From Taklimakanibacter lacteus (lineage in GTDB: Bacteria; Pseudomonadota; Alphaproteobacteria; Rhizobiales; Aestuariivirgaceae), in NCBI RefSeq assembly GCF_003576695.1, contig NZ_QOZQ01000007.1:41277-73276 (forward strand): a stretch of 32,000 nucleotides of DNA, given 5' to 3'. The notes under the pieces are model-generated. The model was not told the origin of the DNA and made no database searches. It saw nothing but the letters and a program-made list of their open reading frames with translations. A program made the position numbers and the translations under genes. Numbering within the stretch: the stretch's first letter is position 1; the number at the start of each line of letters is the position of its first letter. Shown here piece by piece: positions 1 through 8,500 of the stretch.

Positions 1-168
1 CGCGTCAAAGATGACCGGCTCCCACTCTGCGAAGAAATAGGAAGCTAGCGGCTCAGCCGAGAAAACGAGATTCGTTCCGATCTCGCACTGCGTCCAGCCT
101 GAACGTGCCCGCCGTCCCTTCTCGACGACGCTTATTCTGACCAATGGCAAATCATCTTCATCACTCAT
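1..168 (-). CDS. Hypothetical protein, N-terminal part only (ORF continues past the left edge of the window)
   Basis: Hand translation of the minus strand from ATG 168-166 gives 56 sense codons with no stop down to position 1 (MSDEDDLPLVRISVVEKGRRARSGWTQCEIGTNLVFSAEPLASYFFAEWEPVIFDA...). Its ATG overlaps the TGA of the upstream 192-aa ORF (ATGA at 165-168), suggesting translational coupling. It is absent from the ORF track because it is open-ended. No family recognised. Confidence 0.45.
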   Translation of the reverse strand, partial: MSDEDDLPLVRISVVEKGRRARSGWTQCEIGTNLVFSAEPLASYFFAEWEPVIFDA

Positions 169-743
169 GGCAACCTCACGCCGTCATCGAGTTCTTGTTG
201 TTTTTGGGATTGGCGCGACGGGGCACTGGCTTCAAGACCTGCGGCGTGGCGTGCGAATGCGTCGATCGGGGCGCGGGAAACAGCGTCATTGATCCGCGTG
301 CGCACATTTGCTGCACGCGTTTCGTTGCTTTTCCTGATGTAGTGCTCCTCGACTTGAAGCGCTCCCCTCGCCGCGCGTTCACGCAAGGCGTTGGAAATCC
401 CCTGACTGAGAGCGTCGGCACCTTGCTGGCCTTTGGCGAGAGCCTGGATCACATGGTCGACGATCAGCCGCCGTAAGCCGCGACCCGCCGACAGGTCGCG
501 GCGTGCAGCCTCGAGCTCGGCAGCCTTGTTGTTCGCGAGGAAAGACGTTTGCCTGACGTCGCCTAGCAGAGTGCGAATATTGCGGATCAGATCGTCGCAC
601 CCATGTTCATGCCAGCCCTCTTCCAAGGCGGGCAAAACTTTCTCTGCCACCTGCTCTACCTCGAAGGCCGTCTGGTCAGCCCGCTCCGCGAGCTTCTTCC
701 AGCCAGCCGTCATGTTCAGACTCTTATGCGGGCCATCGCTCAT
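165..743 (-). CDS. Hypothetical protein, 192 aa, predicted all-alpha and soluble
   Basis: ATG at 743 is preceded by GGAGAT (754-749, minus strand) at 5-nt spacing. The stop overlaps the start of the next minus-strand ORF. No TM segments. It contains one Rx4H string (RLIVDH), which is too weak to call HEPN. No family recognised. Confidence 0.6.
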   Translation of the reverse strand: MSDGPHKSLNMTAGWKKLAERADQTAFEVEQVAEKVLPALEEGWHEHGCDDLIRNIRTLLGDVRQTSFLANNKAAELEAARRDLSAGRGLRRLIVDHVIQALAKGQQGADALSQGISNALRERAARGALQVEEHYIRKSNETRAANVRTRINDAVSRAPIDAFARHAAGLEASAPSRQSQKQQELDDGVRLP

Positions 744-792
744 GACGAATCTCCATGTCAGATGGATATCAAAAAATAGCTGACAATGTCAA
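744..792 (-). promoter_or_regulatory. Putative sigma70-type promoter and SD for the minus-strand bicistron
   Basis: On the minus strand there is a perfect TTGACA (792-787), an 18-nt spacer, then TGaTATCCA (771-763, extended -10-like), then the GGAGAT SD (754-749) and ATG 743. Pattern match only. Confidence 0.3.
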
Positions 793-801
793 ATCTCGAG
801 G

Positions 802-902
802 TTTGCGGTGAATGGACGGCCTATTCACCGCAAAAGAGGCGGTGAATATGCTTGTGTCTGCGGCGAATACAGGCCATAATCACCGCAGGAGATGCGGTGA
901 TT
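802..902. promoter_or_regulatory. Operator-like array: six TGCGGTGA(A/T)T boxes in the fic promoter/leader
   Basis: Boxes lie at 804-813 (fwd), 823-832 (rev), 838-847 (fwd), 859-868 (fwd, one mismatch), 878-887 (rev) and 893-902 (fwd). Two perfect inverted repeats are present. One is tttgcggtgaat(802-813)-N9-attcaccgcaaa(823-834). The other is aatcaccgca(878-887)-N5-tgcggtgatt(893-902), which abuts the fic ATG (903) and covers its SD AGGAGA (887-892). A candidate fic promoter, TTGTGT(852-857)-N17-CATAAT(875-880), sits inside the array. Confidence 0.6.
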
Positions 903-2027
903 ATGGCAACGTACTACCATCAAAGGCCGGAATGGCCGAAATTCATTTGGGATTCCAAGGCGCTCGCCGACCAGCTGGCTGCCGTCCGGCACCGCCAAGG
1001 ACGACTAATCGGCCGCATGGAGGGCCTCGGATTTCCGTTGCGCGACGAGGCCGTGCTCCAGACGCTGACGCAGGATGTCCTCAAGTCTAGTGAGATCGAG
1101 GGCGAAATCCTCGACGCCGATCAGGTGCGGTCCTCCATCGCGCGGCGGCTCGGTATGGATATCGGTGCGCTGACGCCCGCCGACCGCGACGTCGAAGGCG
1201 TCGTCGAAATGATGCTCGACGCGACGCAGAATTTCGACAAGCCCCTTATAGCCGAGCGCTTGTTCGGGTGGCATGCATCCCTGTTTCCAACCGGCTATAG
1301 CGGCATGCACAAAATCACAGTCGGAGCATGGCGAAGCGATAAATCGGGACCCATGCAGGTCGTCTCGGGACGCGTCGGCAAGGAGCGCGTGCACTATGAG
1401 GCTCCCGAAGCAGCCCGCCTTGATCAAGAAATGAAAGCGTTTCTTGAGTGGTACAACGCGGAGAGCGACATCGACCCGGTACTCAAAGCCGCGCTCGCGC
1501 ATCTTTGGTTCGTGACCATCCATCCCTTCGACGACGGCAACGGGCGTATCGCCCGCGCGATCGCCGACATGTCGCTCGCCCGATCAGAGAAAAGTCCGCA
1601 GCGCTTCTACAGTATGTCTTCGCAAATCCGCAAAGAACGGAATGCGTATTACGACATGCTGGAGGCGACGCAGAAGCAAGACAACGGCGACGTCACCCCG
1701 TGGCTGCAATGGTTCTTGGGTTGTCTCGATCGTGCATTCGAAGGCGCTGAAGAAACGCTCGCGACGGTGCTGAAGAAGGCCAAATTTTGGGAAGCGCATT
1801 CGACAGCCGACTTCAATGAGCGTCAGCGCGATATGATCAACCGCCTGTTCGACGGCTTCTACGGCAGCCTGAATACGTCGAAATGGGCAAAGATCGAAAA
1901 ATGTTCCGCCGACACGGCCTTGCGCGACATCACCGATCTCGTTGAGCGCGGCGTCCTGAAGAAGGACGCCGGCGGCGGGCGCAGCACGAGCTATTCATTA
2001 AACGAGACTTGGATCAACGAACCCTGA
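903..2027 (+). CDS. fic: Fic family protein (AMPylase-type Fic/DOC fold) with N-terminal DUF4172-like region, intramolecular inhibitory motif and C-terminal winged-helix-like tail
   Basis: Canonical Fic active-site motif HPFDDGNGRIAR at 1521-1556. Inhibitory (S/T)xxxE(G/N) motif SSEIEG at 1086-1103. N-terminus MATYYHQRPEWPKFIWD is typical of DUF4172-Fic proteins. ATG 903 with SD AGGAGA is preferred over the track start at 852. Confidence 0.9.
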   Translation: MATYYHQRPEWPKFIWDSKALADQLAAVRHRQGRLIGRMEGLGFPLRDEAVLQTLTQDVLKSSEIEGEILDADQVRSSIARRLGMDIGALTPADRDVEGVVEMMLDATQNFDKPLIAERLFGWHASLFPTGYSGMHKITVGAWRSDKSGPMQVVSGRVGKERVHYEAPEAARLDQEMKAFLEWYNAESDIDPVLKAALAHLWFVTIHPFDDGNGRIARAIADMSLARSEKSPQRFYSMSSQIRKERNAYYDMLEATQKQDNGDVTPWLQWFLGCLDRAFEGAEETLATVLKKAKFWEAHSTADFNERQRDMINRLFDGFYGSLNTSKWAKIEKCSADTALRDITDLVERGVLKKDAGGGRSTSYSLNETWINEP

Positions 2028-2038
2028 TTGAGAAGCGC

Positions 2039-5000
2039 ATGTTTGATTTTAAAACCTATCTGTCAAAGCTGGACGAGGCATTGCGCGCAAACAATGCCAC
2101 CGAGCACACACATCGGCCTGCGCTCAAGCAATTGCTTGAAGGCATAAGGGACTTGCGAGCAACCAACGAGCCGTCGCGCATCGAATGCGGGGCGCCGGAT
2201 TTCATTATCACGAAATCCACGCATACGATTGGATACATAGAGGTCAAGGACGTTGGCAAATCTCTCGATGATGCCGAGCAAGCCGATCAGTTAAAGCGTT
2301 ATCGAAAGTCGCTGTCGAATCTCATATTGAGCGACTACCTGGAATTTCGTTGGTACGTGGATGGAGAACTCCGGCAGGAAGCGCGCCTGGCAAGCAGACA
2401 AAGCAATGGAACGCTCAAAGTTGATAAGGCGGGCGTTGCTAAAGTCGAAGCCCTTCTGAATAACTTTCTCAATCAACCGCCAATCAAAATAAACGCTCCG
2501 CGCGACCTCGCGGAAAGAATGGCGCGGCTCACCCATATCGTCCGCGACATCATTGTTACGGCCTTTGAAAAGGATATCGCTTCGGATTGGGTCAAGGGTT
2601 GGCGCAAGGCATTCTCCGACGTGCTCATTGCCGATCTTGATCAGGCAAAGAATACGCCGCAGTTCGCAGATATGTTTGCGCAGACGCTTGCTTACGGAAT
2701 ATTCACGGCGCGCGTTATGGCCGATCCCGGGGCGAGATTTACGCGGGAAGAAGCGCAGCGCTTAATTCCTCGGTCCAATCCTTTCTTGAGAAACTTCTTC
2801 ATCGATATTTCCAATCCCCGGCTCGATGACGAGCCGTTCGCATGCTTTGTCGATGACCTCGTTGCTCTTCTTGGCAACACCGATATGGCCACCGTCCTTG
2901 CGAATTTTGGCCATCGCACGAAGCAAGAAGACCCGGTGGTGCACTTCTATGAAACGTTTCTGGCAGCCTACGATCCCAAGCTACGAGAAACGCGCGGTGT
3001 CTACTACACGCCGGAACCGGTGGTGAGCTATATCGTCCGGTCCGTCGATAACATTTTGAAGACCCAATTCGATTGCCCGACCGGGCTGGCCGATCAATCG
3101 ATGATTACGATCAAAAATCTTGATCAGAGCCTACGTGTCAAAGGCAAGAACAGTGAAGTCCGCAAAACAACTCAAAGTCATAAAGTCATTATTCTGGACC
3201 CGGCAACCGGCACGGGAACATTTCTCTATTCCGTCGTCGATTTTATCCGCCAACAATTCATTGCGTCGGGTAATGCCGGAATGTGGCCGGGGTATGTAAA
3301 ACGACATCTGTTGCCCCGTCTCTTTGGATTCGAATTCATGGTCGCGCCATTCGCGGTGGCGCATTTCAAACTGAGCCTGCAACTTGCCGGCCGCGACCTC
3401 GCCGAGGATATCCGCGATCAATGGGCAGTGCTTCCTGAAGGTAGCGACCGCCTCGGCGTCTTTTTGACGAATACGCTCGACGAGGCCCACGAGCACACGG
3501 CCATGCCGCTCTTTACCCAGTGGGTCGCTCAGGAGAGCGCAGCCGCAGATGCAATCAAAATGCATTCGCCTGTGCTCGTTGTCATGGGCAATCCGCCGTA
3601 CTCCGGCCACTCTGCAAACCATGGCCAGTGGATTGACGATCTTCTTCACGGGGCGGGTAAGGACAAATCGGTATCCAGCTATTATCACGTCGATGGGCAG
3701 CCGCTTGGCGAACGTAATTCTAAATGGCTTCAGGACGACTACGTTAAATTCCTTTGTTTTGGCCAATGGCGTATCGAACGCTCCGGCCAAGGGATTCTTG
3801 CCTACATCACCAACCACGGGTTCTTGAATAATCCCACGTTTCGAGGGATGCGCCAGTCATTGATGAATACGTTCTCGGAAATCCACGTCCTCGATTTGCA
3901 CGGAAGCGTAAAAAAGCGAGCGCGCAATCCGTCCGGTGAAACGGACCAAAACGTCTTTGATATTCAGCAAGGCGTTTCCATCGGAATTTTTATCAAGCAT
4001 TCAGGAAAATCAGGCCCGGCGAAGGTGTTCCATGCGGACCTTTGGGGAAGCCGCGCCGAGAAATATAATTGGTTGTTTGAAAAGGATCAGGGCTCGACGG
4101 AGTGGGAAGAACTCACTCCCCAGGCTCCGTTCTATCTCTTTAAGCCGCTGGATACGACGAGCCTCGCCGTTTATCAGGCGGCTTGGAAGATTACAGATAT
4201 CTTTCCGGTCAACGTCCTTGGATTCCAAACGCACCGTGATCATTTCGCTGTGGGATTCGATTATGCCGATATGGAGAATCGTTTTCGGGAAATGCGTTCC
4301 GCGGCGCTAAGCGACGACGAATATCGGGAGCGATTCAAGCTTCGAGATAATCGAGACTGGAATCTTGCGGATGCGCGCAAGGCTCTGAGGTCGGACGCAG
4401 ATTGGCAGCAGGGTCTGGTCGATTGCTTGTACCGGCCTTTCGATTGGCGCACGTGCTACTTTAGTGAAGTCGCAATGGACTATCCCCGCCGTGAGATTAG
4501 GCAGCACGTTTTGGGTAAGAACAATATTTGCATACTCACCTCGCGCCAGCAGGCCGATGCCGGGTTCATGCATGTTCTTTTGAGCGAAGATCCCGCGGAA
4601 AGCTGTGCGGTCTCAAACAAGACCAAAGAACAGAACTACGTGTTCCCTCTATATTTGTATCCGAGCGCAGAGGCCGATGCCGCACCCGAACTTTTGTCGC
4701 AGGCATCCGACTGGCCAGCAGACGACAGAAATGGAGGTCGCACTCCAAATCTGAAAAAGGAGTTTGTAGCCGCGATTGCCGAGGCAACCGGGCTGACCTT
4801 CGCGCCGGCTGGAGACGTTACGCAGGCCGGTCGGTTCAATCCGCCAGATGTTCTTCACTACATCTATGCCATTCTACACAGCGGCAGCTACCGTGAAACT
4901 TACTCACAGTTTCTGATGTTGGATTTTCCTCGGATCCCCGTTCCGAAATCGGCTGATGAATTCATCCAAGTTGCCCAGCTTGGCGGGCAGCTTCGTTCGC

Positions 5001-5335
5001 TGCATCTTCTAGATGACTCGGTTTCCATACCCAAGGAAGTGCGTTTTCCGGTAGCAGGCGATAACACCGTGGCGCGCGCGCATCCTAAATTTGTCATGGA
5101 AGAAGGTTCGCCATTCGGACGCGTCTACATCAATACAAGCCAGTTCTTCGACGGAATAGCCCAGGAAGCGTGGGACTTCGAAATTGGAAGCTACCAAGTA
5201 CTGGAAAAGTGGCTGAAAGATCGCCAGGGGCGCCAACTGTCTTATGATGACTTGACGCAATATCAAAAAATCCTCGGCGCGATCAATGGCACCCTCAGTG
5301 TTATGACTACCTTGGATCAAATTATCGAGTTTTAG
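2039..5335 (+). CDS. Single-chain restriction-modification-type enzyme: PD-ExK nuclease-like N-terminus, gamma-class N6-adenine DNA methyltransferase and type-ISP/MmeI-like C-terminal (target recognition) domain; no helicase domain
   Basis: N-terminal GAPDF...GYIEVKD (D at 2198-2200, ExK at 2240-2248) parallels the MmeI-type D-Xn-ExK nuclease motif. Other motifs: FYETFL..YD..R...GVYYTP; motif I ILDPATGTGTFL (from 3197); motif IV NPPY (3590-3601). The C-terminal FPRIP....GGQLRSLHLL and IGSYQVLEKWLKDRQGRQLSYDDLTQYQKI are typical of type ISP / MmeI-family C-termini. The track start at 2009 is a TTG overlapping fic by 19 nt; ATG 2039 lies 11 nt after the fic stop. Confidence 0.85.
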   Translation: MFDFKTYLSKLDEALRANNATEHTHRPALKQLLEGIRDLRATNEPSRIECGAPDFIITKSTHTIGYIEVKDVGKSLDDAEQADQLKRYRKSLSNLILSDYLEFRWYVDGELRQEARLASRQSNGTLKVDKAGVAKVEALLNNFLNQPPIKINAPRDLAERMARLTHIVRDIIVTAFEKDIASDWVKGWRKAFSDVLIADLDQAKNTPQFADMFAQTLAYGIFTARVMADPGARFTREEAQRLIPRSNPFLRNFFIDISNPRLDDEPFACFVDDLVALLGNTDMATVLANFGHRTKQEDPVVHFYETFLAAYDPKLRETRGVYYTPEPVVSYIVRSVDNILKTQFDCPTGLADQSMITIKNLDQSLRVKGKNSEVRKTTQSHKVIILDPATGTGTFLYSVVDFIRQQFIASGNAGMWPGYVKRHLLPRLFGFEFMVAPFAVAHFKLSLQLAGRDLAEDIRDQWAVLPEGSDRLGVFLTNTLDEAHEHTAMPLFTQWVAQESAAADAIKMHSPVLVVMGNPPYSGHSANHGQWIDDLLHGAGKDKSVSSYYHVDGQPLGERNSKWLQDDYVKFLCFGQWRIERSGQGILAYITNHGFLNNPTFRGMRQSLMNTFSEIHVLDLHGSVKKRARNPSGETDQNVFDIQQGVSIGIFIKHSGKSGPAKVFHADLWGSRAEKYNWLFEKDQGSTEWEELTPQAPFYLFKPLDTTSLAVYQAAWKITDIFPVNVLGFQTHRDHFAVGFDYADMENRFREMRSAALSDDEYRERFKLRDNRDWNLADARKALRSDADWQQGLVDCLYRPFDWRTCYFSEVAMDYPRREIRQHVLGKNNICILTSRQQADAGFMHVLLSEDPAESCAVSNKTKEQNYVFPLYLYPSAEADAAPELLSQASDWPADDRNGGRTPNLKKEFVAAIAEATGLTFAPAGDVTQAGRFNPPDVLHYIYAILHSGSYRETYSQFLMLDFPRIPVPKSADEFIQVAQLGGQLRSLHLLDDSVSIPKEVRFPVAGDNTVARAHPKFVMEEGSPFGRVYINTSQFFDGIAQEAWDFEIGSYQVLEKWLKDRQGRQLSYDDLTQYQKILGAINGTLSVMTTLDQIIEF

Positions 5336-5384
5336 ATGTGCTGACACTCCTGCAGCTGCCTTGTTGAACCGGTCTCGCGGCGGG

Positions 5385-5412
5385 CGAACGGCCGACGCTA
5401 CGCGTTCGTTTT
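5385..5412 (+). terminator. Weak intrinsic-terminator-like hairpin after the methyltransferase gene
   Basis: cgaacg (5385-5390) pairs with cgttcg (5403-5408) across a 12-nt loop, followed by TTTT (5409-5412). The stem is short and the loop large, so this is tentative. Confidence 0.25.
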
Positions 5413-5427
5413 CATGGCATTCTGACC

Positions 5428-5497
5428 CTTTGTCTCCGCCCTCCGGCTTCGATTCCTCGCGCAAACGCTCTCCGGCGCAGCCGGGGCCAAAGCGCTG
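5428..5497 (+). repeat. Direct repeat copy A (3' flank of the nuclease-helicase gene)
   Basis: The 38-nt core ctttgtctccgccctccggcttcgattcctcgcgcaaa (5428-5465) matches 9030-9067 at 34/38 positions. Looser similarity continues to about 5497 (tccgg-cgcagccggggcca..cgctg versus tccgaccgctgccggagcca..cgctg). There is patchy similarity upstream (ggccgac, acgcg..cg from about 5390). Confidence 0.75.
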
Positions 5498-5506
5498 CGT
5501 CTGCGA

Positions 5507-8500
5507 TTAGATCGGCTGCGCCATCTCCAGATAACGGCAGAAGGCGTTCGCGAGCTGCATCTGCTGCGGCGTGCGGCATTCTGCCTCAAACAGCAACGGC
5601 GAGCCGACAAGGATGCAAACGCAGCGCGCTCGCGAGGTGGCAACATTCAAGCGGTTTGCACTGTAAAGAAATTCCATGCCGCGCGGCGCGTCCGCATGAC
5701 TCGAAGTGGTCATTGAATAGATGACAATCGGTGCTTCCTGCCCCTGAAACTTATCGACGGTGCCGATCCGGGCACCCAGCAAGCGATCTTGCAATTCGAA
5801 CACTTGTGCGTTGTACGGCGCAATAATCAGGATGTTGTCGAGTGCAACAGGAGCCTCTTTTCCGTCCGGCCCTATCCACGTCGCCTTCGATGCAAGAATC
5901 TCTTCGACCAAGGCCTTGATAACGTCCGCTTCCTCGGGGCTGGCGCTTTGATTGCCTTCATGCTCGACAGCCAGGTAGCGCAAGCCAGAGCCATTCACGC
6001 GGCCTTGTGACTTGACCGCCTGTTGCTGCAGGCCGGGTTTCGAGCGCAGCCTGTCTTCGTAGAACAGCTCAGAAGTGAACGAGCATATCTCCGGATGCAG
6101 CCGCCATGTTTCTTCCAAGAACAGCCCGCGGTCAGCAGTGACAGTGGCATGTTCGCCCAGGATGTGCTTGAGCGCCGATACGTCCGTTCCTTCCGGGTGA
6201 CTACCCTGCAATGGCTGTTCGAGTTGACGCGGATCGCCTAGCAGCACAATCGTCTTTGCCGCATGCGATACCGCTAGGACGTTCGCGAGCGACATCTGCG
6301 CCGCCTCGTCGACGAACAGCACGTCGAGGGTTTCGAAGGCCTCAGGGCGAGCCCAGAGCCACGACGTTCCACCGGCCACCGGACAATCGGGCCCGAGCGA
6401 GGAGAAGATTTCAGCGTTGTCGGTTGTAAGCCGAATCCCAGGAACGTCGTCCGCCTTTTCAGACAGCTTCTGGATGCTCTGAATTGGCTTGCCGTTCTGT
6501 TTGCAGGCGCGCTGAATCTCATCCAGCAGATTGCGGATGACTTTATGGCTGTTGGCCGTGATGCCGATCTTCTTTCCCGCTGCAACAAGGGCGCAAATCA
6601 TACGAGCGCCGGTGTGCGTCTTACCCGCGCCTGGAGGACCTTGAATGGGAAATGCACACGCCTCGAATGCCGGCGCGATACGAACCGCTGCGCTAAGCGT
6701 CGTCTCGTCCACGTTTCTGATCGGCTGTCCGCCGATTTTCGGCGCCTCCAATAGAAGGAGATCGCGCGCTGCCTGATAGCGTCCCGGCCTCGTCATTCCA
6801 TTTGTTATGACGTATTCGGCGATGCGGACGAGGGCCTCTGCCTGCTCCTCCGTTCCAATCACCTTGTGCGAGAAAACTGCTTCCGGGTGCAGTGAAGCCG
6901 TATCCTTCCGCTTCTTGATGTCTACCGTGCGGTCGTCAAGAGAGATCGCATCGATTTTTCCGAACGGCTTCCCTCCAACCGATCGCAGGTCCTCGTCGCC
7001 ACGCAATTCCGTTTCCTGCGCCGGGAAACCGTAGCGGTGAATAGGCGCTTTCGCCGTTCCTCCAACGTTGTCGACGAAGATCAGGCCGGAGATCGCAGCC
7101 CGCTCGTCGAGCAAATCCTCTGCTGACAAGGCTGACAGGCGGAAATACTCCCACCAGGTCGCCTTTATTTCGCGGCCGTGGAAATCCAGAACGTTGCCCA
7201 GAAGCCAGCGTGCATGCTCTTCCGTCGTCCGATCGGCCACATCGACAGGAACCGCCTGCGTCAGGCTTTCGACGAGCGGAGCGATGCGCTGCTGCCATGC
7301 GGTCAGCTTTTCGCTTGCGTCACCGCTCTTGGCTTCAGGACGGTCTATCGTCGCGCCTCCTGTGACGAGTTCGGCCCGCAATCCTTCGAGCCAATCACGC
7401 AGGGCCCACGCCGACAAACAATCATCTTTGTTGTAGGCGTCGACGGCCTTGCGATCGGCATCTTCTATGCCCTGGACATCGCCGAGCTCAAGGCAGGCCT
7501 GGACCTTGGCAAGTATCTTTCCGGCGTCGGACAGATCCTGCGCGCGCTTATATTCGTAAAGCGGCTCCAGCTTCTTGATGGAATAGCTCTCGACGCTGGC
7601 GCGGATGCTGTGGCGGATCACAGCGAACAGGTCGACAAGCACGCCGCTACGCAGCAAGCGATCGAGTTCTTCTTCGCGCGTCGCATATCGGCCCATGAGG
7701 CGCTTCAAGGCGGCAGGTTCGTACGGCGCGAAGTGATAGATGTGCAGGGCTGGGTATGTTTTGAGCCGATCAAAGACGAAGTCGACGAACCGCTCAAAAG
7801 CCGCTCTTTCTTCGGCGGGAGTGAACGACCATTCCGCACGATGCTGCGCTTGTCCGCTTTCGTTCTGATAGGCATAGCCGAACAGGAATTCGAGCCCGCC
7901 GCCCCGCACGAAGGGATCGCCTTCAAGGTCGAAGAAGATGTCTCCCGGCGACGGTTCGGGCAGACAACAAAGCCCGAACCCGGGCTGAATCGGCAAGGCT
8001 TCATGAATGACCTTACCTTCCGTCCGTCCCTTGACCTGCATCCGCGCCTGCTCGCGAATTTTCTCGTAGCTCTGAGTGGCGCCACGATCCGGTTTCCACG
8101 GCCAGGGCAGAGCAACTTCCGCCAGCTTCGCTGTCGTGCCGACATCATGGCGTTTCAGTTCGCCAATCTGGCTTTTCGAGATTCCCGCGACAAGCGAGAG
8201 GTGATCGTCCTTGCGTCGTTTCCCATCGCAATGCTGCCGCCACCGGCAAATGTCGCAGTGCGGATTTGGGTCGGGATAGAGATCGCCGCCCGCGCCGTTA
8301 TCGACGGAGTGTTCGAGGCTGCGGCGCACGCGGCGGTAATAGGCCGAATAATCTGTCGTGCGATAGATTTCCGGTTCAAAGCCCGTCTCGGGCGTAACGA
8401 CGTAGCTAAATTCGGGTAGCCTCTTCTGCACCGATGAAAGCAGCGCCGCATACAGCGAAAGCTGCAGGACCGTGCCGCCCTTGGTCTCCTTGGCAAGCTT

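Noticed and set aside
812-1090. 92-aa ORF (812-1090 +) and the upstream start at 852 for fic
   Set aside because: Both start inside the operator array without an SD. The Fic-family N-terminus (YYHQRPEWPKFIWD) begins at ATG 903, which has a good AGGAGA SD.
5443-5465. tRNA-like T-arm (TTCGATT loop) inside the direct repeat, which might have indicated a tRNA 3' fragment or att site
   Set aside because: The flanking pentamers ccggc and cctcg do not pair (2 Watson-Crick pairs and 1 wobble out of 5; no G53-C61 equivalent). No acceptor stem or CCA context is present. Copy B (ttcgatc) is even less tRNA-like.
7178-8419. Long antisense ORFs opposite real genes (7178-8419 +, 9932-10999 +, 13028-14128 +, 18041-19282 +, 3131-3817 -, 29804-30502 - and many shorter ones)
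   Set aside because: They are typical stop-poor shadow frames of GC-rich coding DNA. Their translations are Arg/Ala/Gly/Pro-rich with no motifs, while the opposite strand carries strongly recognisable proteins with coupled starts.
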